Part shown: positions 39,801 to 52,715 of the stretch, piece after piece
How the letters are laid out: every line of letters begins with the position of its first letter
How positions within the stretch are numbered: position 1 is the stretch's first letter
Assembly: GCF_963921235.1 (NCBI RefSeq)
Contig: NC_086108.1
Coordinates: 105,898,001-105,962,000, forward strand
DNA from: Mobula hypostoma
Lineage: Eukaryota
Direction: 5' to 3'
DNA: 64,000 bases
Made by a program: the position numbers and the translations under genes
Notes under the pieces: model-generated
Told to the model about the DNA's origin: nothing
What the model saw: only the letters and a program-made list of their open reading frames with translations
The model's database searches: none

Positions 39801-39960
39801 CTCTGTTGCGGGTGTCGTAACTCGTTGGAGGTAAGACGCTGATCTCCGCTCCGGTGTCGACCAAAAAGCGGCGTCCCGACTGCTTGTCCCAGACGTACAG
39901 GAGGCTGTCCTGATGGCCAGCCGCCGTAGCCATCAGCGGCGGCTGGCCCTGGCGTTTCCC
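36870..39960 (-). pseudogene. pol: Gypsy pol (protease, RT, RNase H, integrase) with several frameshifts
   Basis: FLVDTGAE, MPFGLKNA, YLDD, TVDAS, H..AH...CMQC, ITSDRG, HPQSNGLVER. Confidence 0.92.
39915..39960 (-). promoter_or_regulatory. -1 programmed ribosomal frameshift signal (gag-pol)
   Basis: G GGA AAC in the gag frame (39960-39954), 5-nt spacer, perfect 12-bp stem 39948-39937 / 39926-39915; pol lies in the -1 frame. Confidence 0.8.
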
Positions 39961-40638
39961 GGGAATTTGCAGGGTGGTCTGCAGCGGCGGGCCTCCGTGC
40001 CCCACCGCTGGTGGTAGAAACACCATTGTTCCTTGGGCTCCTCACTCCCGTCGCCGGGTTTTGTAGGCTCTGCTGCCGGGCCCGGTCTGGTCTGTCGTTG
40101 GGCACGCGGCTTGGTGATCTGTGTGATGGATGCCCCTCTCTCTTTCCTGGCATTCCACAGCACATCTGCTCGGGCCGCCACCTCCCGGGGTTTTCCTGAA
40201 ATCTGCGTCGGACAGCAGCAGGCATATGTCCTCGGGCAGTTGCTCTAGGAACGCCTGCTCAAACATGAGGCAGGGTTTGTGTCCTTCAGCCAGGGCCAGC
40301 ATCTCGTTCATTAATGCTGACGGCGGCCTGTCTCCCAAACCATCCAGGTGCATTAAGCGGCGTGCTCGTTCGCGCCGTGAGAGTCCGAAAGTCCTTATGA
40401 GCAGGGCTTTGAATGCTGTGTATTTGTCGTCCTCCGGGGGCGACTGTATAAACTCCTCAACTTGTGCAGCAGTCTCCTGGTCGAGGGAGCTCGGCACGTA
40501 GTAGTAGCGAGTGGACTCCGAGGTTATCTGCCGAATGTGGAATTGTGCTTCTGCCTGTTCGAACCATAAATGGGGTCGCAGCGTCCAGAAGCTTGGCAGT
40601 TTTAACGAAACTGCGTGGACAGATGCAGCGTCGGTCAT
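39933..40638 (-). pseudogene. gag: Gypsy gag (one frameshift near 40190)
   Basis: LKLPSFW..WFEQAEAQF, LGDRPPS, and C-terminal CFYHQRWG..A..C..PC. Confidence 0.85.
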
Positions 40639-40662
40639 CTCTGGTCCAAATATCGTTTGGGC

Positions 40663-40676
40663 CGTCGGGGTCACCA
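40663..40676 (-). promoter_or_regulatory. Primer binding site, tRNA-Trp
   Basis: TGGTGACCCCGACG, 2 nt from the 5' LTR; complementary to the vertebrate tRNA-Trp 3' end. Confidence 0.8.
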
Positions 40677-40678
40677 AT

Positions 40679-40963
40679 TGTAGCGATGTGCTACACACAG
40701 CGCTAGAATAACCACACGGAGTCGCTGAGTTAGAGTTGCGATGAAAGATTTATTCAAACTTCGCGGCCCGCTTTAAAGCCTTCCCGTTCCCGCCCTCCCT
40801 GGGCGGGATTACTGTGGGGAATGCATATTCCCAGACCCTTTCTGCACGTGGGATTTTCCCCCTGCTGGTGAAGATGGCCTGGCGCCCTTTTTGCTGCCGG
40901 CCCTCTGCCTGCGCGCGCTGTTTCGTGAGCCGGTTCGTGGGTGCCAGAAAGTGGGTCGCCACA
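40679..40963 (-). repeat. 5' LTR (285 bp)
   Basis: TG...CA ends; AATAAA on the minus strand. Confidence 0.92.
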
Positions 40964-42628
40964 ACTCCTCTATTCTGAGGTTGTGTTCTTTGGTCTTAGA
41001 CTCTCACACCAGAGGAAACATCCTCTCCGCATCCACTTTATCAAGGCCTCCACTATTCAGGAGGTTACATTGAGGTCACCCTTCATTCTTCTGAAATCTA
41101 GTGAATAAAGGCCCAGGGCCATCCGATGCTCTTCATATGACAAGACAGCTAATCCTGGAATCATTTTCATGAACCTCCTTTGAACCCTCTTCACTTTCAG
41201 CACATCCTTTCAAAGATAAGGGGCCCAAACCTGCTTACAATACTACAAGTGAAGCTTTATAAAGTTTCAACATTATATCCTTGCTTTTATATTCTAGTCC
41301 TCTTGAAATGAATGCTAACATTGCATTTACCTTCGTCTCCACAGACTCAGCAGCAAATTAACCTTTAGGGAATCTAGTACAAGGACTCCCAAGTCCCTTT
41401 GCACCTCAGTTTTTTGTATTTTCTCTCCATTTATAAAATAGTCAACCCTCTCATTTCTTAAATGTATGACCATATACTTCCTCACACTGTATTCCATCTG
41501 CCATTTCCTTTTTCATTCTCCTAATCTGTCTAAGTCCTTCTGTAGCATCTTGATTTCCTCAAAACTACCTGCTCCTCTTCATTTCGTCTGCAAACTTTGC
41601 AACAAAGCCATCAATTCCATCATCCAAATCATTGATATAGAATCATAGAAACATAGAAAATAGGTGCAGGAGTAGGCCATTCGGCCCTTTGAGCCTGCAC
41701 CGCCATTCAGTATCATCATGGCTGATCATCCAACTCAGAACCCTGTACCAGCCTTCCCTCCATACCCCCTGATCCCTTTAGCCACAAGGGCCATATCTAA
41801 CTCCCTCTTTATCTCCATATATGTGTAAATATATATGTAATATATGTACTCTCCATATATAATGTAAAAAGAATCGGTCCCAACATCCACCCCTGTGAAA
41901 CACCAGTAGTCACCATCAGACAGTCAGAAAAGGCTCCCTTTATTCCCACTTTTTGCCTCTTGCCAATCAGCCACTGCTTTATACATGATAGAATCTTTCT
42001 TGTAATACCATGAGCTCATAGCTTGTTAAGCAGCCTCATGTGTGGCGCCTTGTCAAAGGCCTTCTGAAAATCAAACATCAATCAAGTCGCTTGTCTATCC
42101 TGCTTGCTCTTTCTTCAAAGAATTCCAAAAGAGTTGTCAAGCAAGATTTTCCCTTGAGGAAACCAGGAAACCATGCTGACTACGGCCTATTTTGTCATGT
42201 GCCTCAGTACTCTGAGACCTCATCTTTAATAATCGACTCCAACATCTTCCCAATCACTGAGATCAGACTAACTAGCCTATAGTTTCCTTTCCTCTGCCTC
42301 TCTCCCTTCTTGAAGAGTGGAGTAACATTTGCAATTTTTCTGTCTTCCGGAACTGTTCCAGAATCAAGCGTTTCTTGAAAGACCATTACTCATGTCTCCA
42401 TGATCTCATCAGCCACCTCTTTCAGAACCCTGGAGTGTACATCATCTGGTCCAGGTGTCTTATCTACCTTCACACCTTTCAGTTTCCCAAACCTTCTCTC
42501 CAGTTATGGTAACTTCGCACACTTCACATCCTCTGATACCTGGAACTTTCATTATATCGCTAGTTCTTCCACAGTGAAGTTATTCCAGATTATAAATATC
42601 TTCTCCATAAATAAACATTCTTACTCAC

Positions 42629-42661
42629 TTCAATCTTTATCTTTTTGTACAGAAAATGAAT
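42629..42661 (-). CDS. Candidate host-gene micro-exon (IHFLYKKIKIE)
   Basis: Acceptor ctcactgttcag and donor gtgagtaag; 33 nt with a single open frame, in a small unique island between CR1 fragments. Confidence 0.45.
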
Positions 42662-43345
42662 CTGAACAGTGAGTTTCCGATAGTTGCTTCTAAAGGGAGG
42701 AACTGTCATCTACATGGTGTACTAACCAGTCATGATCGGTCAAATCTCCCTCCAAACTGCTTTGTCCCCAGGATGACAAGCCTAGTTTCTTTAATCTATA
42801 CCTGGTGCTGAAATCTCTTGCTTCTAGAATAACTTCTGTAAATCTTTTGTCCATCCTCTCTAGAACTTTCACATCCCTCCTGATACGTGGTTACCAGAAT
42901 TGGATGCAACCGCCAAGGTGTCAGAAGTAAGCATGAAGAGCTGTGCCAGGTGAGTGCATGGAATGCTCTGTCAGGGGTAGAGGTAGAGGAAGATACATTG
43001 GGGGCATTTAAGAGAATCTTAGGCACATAGATGATAGAAAAATGGGGGTCTATATGGGAGAGGAGGGTTAGATAAGGGCCTATTTAGCAGGAGATAGATT
43101 CAAAGGTGTCTACAAACTTAGATGGAAAAAATTACATCTTTATTTTAACTAACTTCTAACTGAAAATTTGCATTTCCTTCAATTATGAATGTGGGCAACA
43201 AAACACAGTACAATTATCAGTACCTGCAGAGACATAATGTTCTTATTGAAGTTAAGCAACAACAGCCTTTACAATGACACATCTTTAAAAATAAAGTTTA
43301 ATTTTAACTTGTCTATATTTCAAATGTGTAGTCTTGTTACTGTGT

Positions 43346-43640
43346 GTTGGCACGTGGCCAAGGCATGGTTAAGGCATCGGTCTAGTGATTTGAAGGTCGC
43401 TAGTTCGAGCCTTGGCTGAGGCAGCGTGTTGTGTCCTTGAGCAAGGCACTTAACCACACATTGCTCTGTGATGACACCGGTGCCAAGCTGTATCAGCCCT
43501 AGTGTCCTTCCCTTGGACAACATCGGTGGCGTGGAGAGGGGAGACTTGCAGCATGGGCAACTGCCGGTCTTCCATACAACCTTGCCCAAGCCTGCGCCCT
43601 GGAAACCTTTCAAGGCGCAAATCCATGGTCTCAAGAGACT
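43346..43640 (+). mobile_element. tRNA-derived SINE (paralog of 29920-30225)
   Basis: Collinear with the other copy; A and B boxes. Confidence 0.85.
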
Positions 43641-43647
43641 GTCTCTT

Positions 43648-43763
43648 ACTAGCTCTTCCTTCAGTTAGTCCTAACGAAGGGTCTCGGCCCGAAACGTCGG
43701 CTGTACCTCTGCCTATAGATGCTACCTGGCCTGCTGCGTTCACCAGCAACTTTGATGTGTGTT
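43648..43763 (+). mobile_element. Penelope-like pLTR with mutated hammerhead core (CTAACGA)
   Basis: Matches 6268-6364. Confidence 0.75.
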
Positions 43764-45496
43764 GGATGCCTATAAAGTCTTGTTATTAAACGTGCTAAGA
43801 AGGAAGCACATACCTGTACATTACTATATCACAAATTTGTTTTTAAAAATATTTTGATAACTGTATTTCAATCTAATTGTTTCTTTTGTAAATCCATGTA
43901 TTTTATTTTATATATTTAAATACATTATTCCAGGAAGGGGTTCATAGGCTTCACTGAACTGCCAAATGGTGTCCATAGCATAAAAAGGGGTTAAGAACCT
44001 CTGTGTTAGATTGATCTTAGAGTAGGTTAATAGGCTGGCACAACATTGTGGGCCAAAGGGCCTGTACTGTGCTGTAGTACTCTGTTTTCTGTGTCCTAAC
44101 AGGTGTTCTACAAAGGTTCAAAATAATCATGCTGCCTTTATACTCTACATAGCTATATGTTTCAGAAGTTGCTGTTGAAGCTTGGGTTCCTCAGTTGCTT
44201 GGTTAAAAAGGGCCATGGCATTGCTGTGTTATACAGCTGTTTCACATCTTCAACAGAGTTCCACTGAATCAAATATTCTGAAATAGCTAATCATAATTGG
44301 AATAAAGTAAATTATTATTTTTCTCTAAGGTATTAGTAATTGGTTAAAAAACGGTTTATTATTTTTATGGCTAATACGAGAGGCATAATTTTCAATAGGA
44401 GGAAAGTGTAGAGGGGATGGCAGAGATAAGTTCTTTACCCAGAGAGTGGTGGGTGCATGGATAACTCTGCCAGGGTGGTGGTAGAGGCAGGTTTTCAAAA
44501 TGACATTTAAGAGACTACCATGCGATAAAAAACTGGAAGGTAAAGTGTGAGAGAAGGGTTAGACTCACATTGTGGGCCTAAGGGACTGTACTGTGCTGTA
44601 CTGTTCTACGTTCTGAGGGGCAGAGGGAGAGAGTAAAGGGACAGTCTATGACTAGATGAAGAGGGCAGTAAATACAACAAAAGGTAGCTCCGGAAGAATT
44701 TAAAAAATCTGAATTTCAAAGAAGGAAATAAAGTGAATGCTGGAAACGTGATGTTCCTCTTTGATAAAATCATATACTAGTACCTGGAAAAGCCACTGGC
44801 ATTTGAAACCCTTTCCAAAGAACAGTACCTCTGTCAGTGTAATGGTGAGGCAGCAGATCAGTCGCTGTGCTCAAGTCCATGGAAGGGGTCTCAGACCTAC
44901 AAATACTCATCCAAGAGACCTGTTATGACTGCCAATGCAAAACCCACACTCATTATTCTCAGATTTAGTCACCTTTCTCTCTCTTTTAGGCAGTTTTGCA
45001 AACAATTAAAATCGGGATTCTCACATTGCAAACTTAACTATTTGAAAAACTTCTAAAAATTCTTCATTCACACATCCAGAGTATTGATTAGTATCTACAA
45101 GAAATGATGTGTGAAAATATGGTGTGGGGCCAAAGCAAGCTGAAGGGTCAAAGAGATGGGATTCACCCAGTTCCATACAGGTACAGCTCTCCCCACCATT
45201 GGGGATACCAGCAAGCCAATATCTCAGGAAGACAGTTTTCGTCATCAGGGACCTCCATAATTTTGAACTGTCTTCTTCACAAAGCGGACATCAGGCAGAT
45301 GGTACAGGAGCCAGAAGACCCACACCTCAGGGCCTGTCAACAGCCTCTTCTCAACTGTCATCAGACTCTTGACCTGAGAAACTTTAAGGCAACTTTTTTT
45401 TGCTCCGGCACAATCTTACACTAGATTAGCTTAATTTGTCACATGGGTATAGTAACATACAGTAAAATGCAATGTTTTGTTTCATTGACCAACACA

Positions 45497-46330
45497 GTTA
45501 TTTGGGTGGGGTGGGGTACATCACACAGCATCTACACAAACTTGATTACCCAGTTTGCCGGGGCCAAAGGCTGCTCTCCCTAGACAAAAGCGAGCTGAGC
45601 GAGCGTGAGGCTTACCAGGAGGCTACATTGTGGGGGCTATCGTCCGGGTTTGGATTCTGTGGAAGCTGTGTGATCGCCCTTTTTAAATGATGCATGCTGC
45701 GGGGGCGGAAAGCTGGTGTACCTCTGTGGGATTGCTGGTTATTACTGCATGCGTGTTGGGTGGGGTGGTTGTTGGTACCCCGGAGGTCTTTGTTCGAGTT
45801 CAGACTAACACCGACAGCTGCCAGTTATCTGAAAGCGGGGGAAAATGCGTTTGGTTCAACTGGAAGTAAAATGCAGCACCTGGGGTCTTCCATACCTATG
45901 TCAGGAGATTGGTGGAAAGGTATTTTCTCTGGCTGGGGGGGGGGGGGAGGCAGATAAATTGCTTGCAGTGCCAGGGGGATCAGTTAAGGAGATCAGCCCC
46001 TCCCTCAGTTGTTCAGCTGATCAGAGAGGTGTCAGGAAAGAAGATTCCATTAATTGAGCTTCAACGGTTGTGCACGAAGTGATTGAACTTCGATAAGTTT
46101 GACGCCTTTTACTTACCTTTTATATTGTATCTCTATTAAATACATAGTTCCAGTAAGGTCTATAAAATGTAATTATTTAATCGCATATAGTGTACTGTCT
46201 GTTATTTGGCGTGGTTGGGTGCATCACACAGCATCCACACAAACTCGATTACCCAGTCTGGCGGGGCTGAAGGCTGCTCCCCCTAGACGGAAGCGAGCTG
46301 AGCGAGCCTGAGGCTCACCAGGAGGCTACA
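45497..46330 (+). mobile_element. Internally deleted LTR element (Gypsy-like)
   Basis: ~130-bp direct repeats 45497-45627 / 46201-46330 ending GGCTACA; tRNA-Pro-like PBS 45631-45651; G-run PPT ~45935-45950. Confidence 0.75.
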
Positions 46331-47922
46331 TATGTACTGTAGTCTAACACCCTGGCATTGAGGGCACGGCTCCTTGTGTTGAAATGAACGGAAGAAAGGA
46401 AGGTGCGATTTGCAGAGAGCCATCAGCCAGTTCAGACCCATGCAAGATCACACACAGAGACATGCTGTACTGATTACTTTTCCACGTTGAGGAGAGTCCA
46501 TCTAATTTTAATCAATGGCAGAATAGTTCACAACTATCCCTGAACGTTTGCAGCTTAGCCTGGTCCACATTAAAAAAAAATAATTTATTTAGAGATACAA
46601 CACAGTTACAGGCTCTTCCAGTTCATCGAGCCCATGCCACCCAATTAAATCCACGTGACTAATTAGCCTACTTACCTGTAGGTCTTTGGAATATGGGAGG
46701 AAAGTGGAGGGAGTGCATACCGTCATGAGGAGAACCTATAAACTCCTCTCAGGCAGTGGAGCAATTGAATCCAGGCCGCTGGTAACGACGTTGCGTTAAT
46801 TGCTACTCTAGCAGCCTTCCCACTGGCTCTCTGAACTGACTGTCCAAATCGGGCTTCCATTCCCACTATTATGGGACCCAGAACAACTATTATCAATCCA
46901 ATATTTTGCTTATACCTCACTAGACTTCCTGCTTTATAACTGGTTAAGACCTCAGTGGGCATTCAATTGCATCACAGTCTGTTGATAACTGAAGGGATTC
47001 AATTATTGGCAGCTATGTGTTAGCAAGGAGATCTACTATTTGAAAAACACTTAACAAAGTTATAAAAACATCATTAGCAGGGAATGATTTTGACAGCATT
47101 GGAAAATGTGATAAGTCTCTTCAATTCCATTTAAGTGAATCTGTTCACTTAATTATTTTAAATATTTTGAAATAATTTTAACTTCCTGGAACCAGCAATA
47201 TATATTTAATCCAATAATAAAATTATGTTTTGACATTATCTATCTGTGTGGTTTGCAGCTAATGTTCTCCAGAATCTTAGGATCCTTATGTTCCAGAATC
47301 CTCAGCTACTCCACACTTCTGCGTGCAGAGAGATGATGACATAAGGATTAACTTTACATGATTATCAAGATATTGAAATATACAGTGAAATGTAACAGAC
47401 ACAAAATGCTGAGAAATTCAGCCAGTCAAACAGCAACTATGGAAATGAATAAACAGTTGACGTTTCGGGCTGAGACCTTTCATCAGGACTGGAAAGGACG
47501 GGGGAAGACAACAGAATAAAATGTGAAAGGGAGGGAAAGGAGGAGCAGCTGGAAGGTGATAGGTAAAGTCAGGTGGGTGGGAAAGATAAAGGGCTAGAGA
47601 GGAAGGAGTCCAAACCCAGGAGGTAGACATAGGCTGGTGAGAAGAGGTATGATGTTAGTGTGAGGAACAGAAGAAGAAATATAGAAACACAGAAAGCCTA
47701 CAACACAATACAGGCCCTTCGGCCCACAAAGTTATGCCGAACATGTCCCTAACTTTGAAATTACTAGGCTTACCTATAGCTCTCTATTTTTCTAAGCTCC
47801 ATGTACCTATCCAAAAGTCTCTTAAAAGACCCTATCATATCCGCCTCAACCACCGTTGCCGGCAGCCCATTCCACACACTCACCACTCTCTGAGTAAAAA
47901 ACTTACCCCTGACATCTCCTCT

Positions 47923-49899
47923 CGAGATACAAGGAAGCAAAAATTAGTGGGAAGACAGAGGATTGGGAACTTTTTAAAAGCTTACAAAAGGAAACTAAGA
48001 AGGTCATTAAGAGGGAAAAGATAAACTATGAAAGGAAGCTAGCAAATAATTTCAAAAAGGATACTAAAAGCTTTTTCAAGTATATAAAGAGTAAAAGACA
48101 GGTGAGAGTAGATATAGGACCGATAGAAAATGATGCTGGAGAAATTGTAATGGGAGATAAGGAGATGGCGGAGGAACTGAACGAGTATTTTGCATCAGTC
48201 TTCACTGAGGAAGACAATCAGCAGTATACTCATGGGTGGCAGGGAAGAGAAGTGTGCGCAGTCACAATTACGACAGAGAAAGTACTCAGGAAGCTGAATA
48301 GTCTAAAGGTAGATAAATCTCCCGGACCAGATGGAATGCACCCTCGTGTTCTGAAGGAAGTAGCTGTGGAGATTGCGGAGGCATTAGCGATGATCTTTCT
48401 AAAGTCGATAGGTTCTGGCATGGTTCCAGAGGGCTGGAAGATTGCAAATGTCACTCCGCTATTTAAGAAGGGGGCAAGGAAGCAAAAAGGAAATTATAGA
48501 CCTGTTAGCTTGACATCGGTGGTTGGGAAGTTGTTGGAGTCGATTGTCAAGGTTGAGGTTACAGAGCACCTGGAGGCATATGACAAGATAGGCAGAACTC
48601 AGCATGGATTCCTTAAAGGAAAATCCTGCCTGACAAACCTATTACAATTTTTTAGGAAATTACAAGTAGGCTAGACAAGGGAGATGCAGTGGATGTTGTC
48701 TATTTGGACTTTCAGAAGGCCTTTGACAAAGTGCCACACACGAGGCAACTTAACAAGATAAGAGCCCGTGGAATTATGGGAAAGTTACATATGTGGATAA
48801 AGCATTGGCTGAATGGCAGGAAACAGAGAGTGGGAATAACGAGATCCTATTCTGGTTGGCTGCCGGTTACTAGTAATGTTCCACAGGGGTCCGTGTTGGG
48901 GCCGCTTCTTTTTACATTGTACATCAAAGATTTGGATTATGAAATAGATGGCTTTGTGGCTAAGTTTGCTGATGATACAAAGATAGGTGGAGGGGCCGGT
49001 AGTGCTGAGGAAACAGAGAGTCTGCAGAGAGACTTGGATAGATTGGAAGAATGGGCAGAGAAGTGGCAAATGAAATACAATGTTGGAATGTGTATGGTTA
49101 TGCACTTTGGCAGAATAAATAAATGGGCAGTCTATTATTTAAATGGGGAGAAAATTCAAAGTTCTGAGATGCAACGGGACTTGGGAGTCCTCATACAGGA
49201 TACCCTTAAGGTTAACCTTCAGATTGAGTCAGGGGTGAAGAAGGCAAATGCAATGTTGGCATTCATTTCTAGAGGAATAGAGTATAGGAGCAGGGATGTG
49301 ATGTTGAGGCTCTATAAGGTGCTGGTGAGACCTCACTTGGAGTACTGTGGGCAGTTTTGGTCTCCTTATTTAAGAAAAGATGTGCTGACGTTGGAGAGGG
49401 TACAGACAAGATTCACTAGAATGATTCCGGGAATGAGAGTGTTAACATATGAGGAACGTTTGTCCGCTCTTGGACTGTATTCCTTGGAGTTTAGGAGAAT
49501 GAGGGGGGGATCTCATAGAAACATTTCGAATGTTGAAAGGCATGGGCAGAGTGGATGTGGCAGAGTTGTTTCCCATGATGGGCGAGTCTAGTACAAGAGG
49601 GCATGACTTAAGGATTGAAGGGCGCCCATTCAGAACAGAAATGCAAAGAATTTTTTAGCCAGAGGGTGGTGAATCTATGGAATTTGTTGCCACGTGAGGC
49701 AGTGGAGGCCAAGTCATTGGTTGTACTTAAGGCAGAGATTGATAGGTATCTGAGTAGCCAGGGCAAAGGTTATGGTGAGAAGGTGGAGGAGTGGGACTAA
49801 ATGGGAGAATGGATCAGCTCGTGATAAAATGGCGGAGCAGACTCGATGGGCCGAATGGCCGAATTCTGCTCCTTTGTCTTATGGTTTTATGGTCTTATG
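47923..49899 (+). mobile_element. 5'-truncated CR1
   Basis: ORFs 48102-48674 and 48689-49591; ttatggtcttatgg tail. Confidence 0.9.
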
Positions 49900-50882
49900 G
49901 TACTTACTCTCCATAACCTTAAACCTGTGTCCTCCTGTAGCAACCATTTCAGCCCTGGGAAAAAGCCTCTGTCTATCCACATGATCAATGCCCCTCATCA
50001 TCTCATACACCTCTATCAGGTCACCTCTCATCCTCCGTCACTCCAAGAAGAAAAGGCCGAGTTCACTCAACCTATTCTCATAAGGCATGCTCCCCAATCC
50101 AGGCAACATCCTTGTAAATCTCCACTGCACCCTTTCTATGGCTTCCACATCCTTCCTGTAGTGAGGCGACCAGAACTGAGCACAGTACTCCAAGTGGGGT
50201 CTGACCAGGATCCTATATACCTGCAACATTACCTCTTGGCTCTTGAACTCAATACCATGATTGATGAAGGCCAATGCACCGTATGCCTTCTTAACCACAG
50301 AGTCAACCTGCGTAGCAGCTTTGAGCATCCTGTGGACTTGGACCGCAAGATCCCTCTGATCCTCCACACTGCTAAGAGTCTTACCATTAATACTATATTC
50401 TGCCATCATATTTGACCTACCAAAATGAACTACTTCACACTTATCTGGGTTGAACTCCATCTGCCACTTCTCAGCACAGTTTTGCATCCTATCAATGTCT
50501 CACTGTAACCTCTGACAGTCCTCCACACTATCCACAACACCTCCAGCCTTTATGACATCTGCAAACTTACTAACCCATCCCTCCACTTCCTCATCCAGGT
50601 CATTTATAAAAATCACGAAGAGTAAGGGTCCCAGAACAGATCCCTGAGACACTCAACTGGTCACCGAACTCCAAACAGAATATGACCCGTCTACAACCAC
50701 CATTTGCCTTCTTTGGGCAAGGCAGTTCTGGATCCATAAAGCAATGTCCCCTTAGATCCCATGCCTCCTTACTTTCTCAATAAGCCTTGCATGGGGTACC
50801 TTATCAAATGCCTTGCTGAAATCCATATACAGTACACTACATCTACTGCTCTTCCTTCATCAATGTGTTTAGTCACATCATC

Positions 50883-51557
50883 AAAACATAGAAACATAGA
50901 AAATAGGTGCAGCAGTAGGCCGTTCAGCCCTTCGAGCCTGCAACGCCATTCAGTATGATCATGGCTGATCATCCAACTCAGAACCCCGTACCTGCCTTCT
51001 CTCCATACCCCCGATCCCTTTAGCCACAATGGCCATATCTAACTCCCTCTTAAATATCGCCAATGAACTGACCTCACCTGTTTCCTGTGGCACAGAATTC
51101 CACAGATTCACCACTCTCTGTGTGAAGAAGTTTTTCCTCATCTCGGTCCTAAAAGGCTTCCCCTTTATCCTCAAACTGTGACCCCTCGTTCTGGACTTCC
51201 CCAACATCGGGAACAATCTTCCTATATCTGGCCTGTCCAATCCCTTTAAATTTTATACGTTTCAATAAGATCCCCCTTCAATCTTCTAAATTCCAGAGAG
51301 TATAAGCCTAGTCGATCCAGTCTTTCATCATATGAAAGTCCTGCCATCCCAGGAATCAATCTGGTGAACCTTCTTTGTACTCCCTCTATGGCAAGAATGT
51401 CTTTCCTCAGATTAGGGGACCAAAACTGCACACAATACTCCAGGTGTGGTCTCACCAAGGCCTTGTACAACTGCAGTAGTACCTCCCTGCTCCTGTACTC
51501 GAATCCTCTTGCTATGAATGCCAGCATACCATTCGCCTGAATGCCAGCATACCATTC
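50883..51557 (-). mobile_element. 5'-truncated CR1 (subfamily of 16410-18098)
   Basis: ORFs 51527-51246 and 51240-50959. Confidence 0.88.
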
Positions 51558-52715
51558 ACTCAGAAAAATTCAATCAGGGTCATAAGGCTTGACCTCCCCT
51601 CGACAAAGCCATGCTGACTATTCCTAATCATATTATGCCTCTCTAAATGTTCATAAATCCTGCCTCTCAAGATCTTCTCCATCAACTTACCAACCACTGA
51701 AGTAAGACTCACTGGTCTATAATTTCCTTGGCTATCTCTACTCCCCTTCTTGAATAAGGGAATAACATCTGCAACCCTCCAATTCTCCAGAGCCTTTCCC
51801 ATCCCCATTTATGATGCAAAGATCATTGCCAGAGGCTCAGCAATCTCTTCCCTCGTCTCCCACAGTAGCCTGGGGTACAGCTCATCCGGTCCCGGCGACT
51901 TATCCAATTTGATGCTTTCCAAAAGCTCCAGCACATCCTCTTTCTTAATGTCTACATGCTCAAGCTTTTCAGTCTGCTGCAAGTTATCACTATAATCACT
52001 AAGTTCTTTAATACTGAATTAAAGTATTCATTAAGTACCTCTGCTATTTCCTTTGGTTCCATACACACTTTCTCACTGTCACACTTGATAGGACCTATTC
52101 TTTCACGTCTTATCCTCTTTCTCTTCACATACCTGCAGAATGCCTTGGGGTTTTCCTTAATCCTGCTCGCCAAGGAATTTTCATGGCCCCTTCTGGCTCT
52201 CCTAATTTCCTTCCTAAGCTCCTTCCTGTTAGCCTTATAATCTTCTAGATCTCTAACATTACCTAGCTCTCTCAATCTTTTGTAAGCTTTTCTTTTCTTC
52301 TTAACCATATAACCATATAACAATTACAGCACGGAAACAGGCCATCTCAGTCCTTCAAGTCCGTGCCGAACTCTTACTCTCACCTAGTTCCACCGACCTG
52401 CACCCAGCTGATGACCCAAAGGTTGGAGGTGTTGTGGATAGAGTGGAGGGCTATCAGAGGTTACAGCGGGACATTGATAGGATGCAAAATTCTTGACTAG
52501 ATTTATTGCAACCTTTGTACACCACGGTTCCTGTACCCTACCATAACTTCTCTGTCTCATTGGAACGTACCTATGCAGAATGCCGCACAAATATCCCCTG
52601 AAAATTTGCCATATTTCTTCCGTACTTTTCCCTGAGAACATCTGTTTCCAATTTAAGCTTCCAACTTCCTGCCTGATAGCCGCATGATTTCCCCTTCCTC
52701 CAATTAAACGCTTTT

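Larger units (their letters stand above)
36669..40963 (-). mobile_element. Ty3/Gypsy LTR retrotransposon, 4295 bp
   Basis: TG...CA LTRs, 4-bp TSD ACTC (36665-36668 / 40964-40967), PBS, G-rich PPT 36864-36880, and gag-PR-RT-RH-IN order. Confidence 0.95.
36392..42580 (-). mobile_element. Old CR1 split by the Gypsy element and by a CR1 tail (41640-41810)
   Basis: Collinear CR1 ORF2/3' sequence on both sides of the ACTC TSD. Confidence 0.7.
43074..44003. mobile_element. hAT-type MITE containing a SINE and a Penelope piece
   Basis: 8-bp TSD ggttagat / tgttagat (43066-43073 / 44004-44011); right end ggttaagaacctctg; it interrupts a CR1 3' end. Confidence 0.6.
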
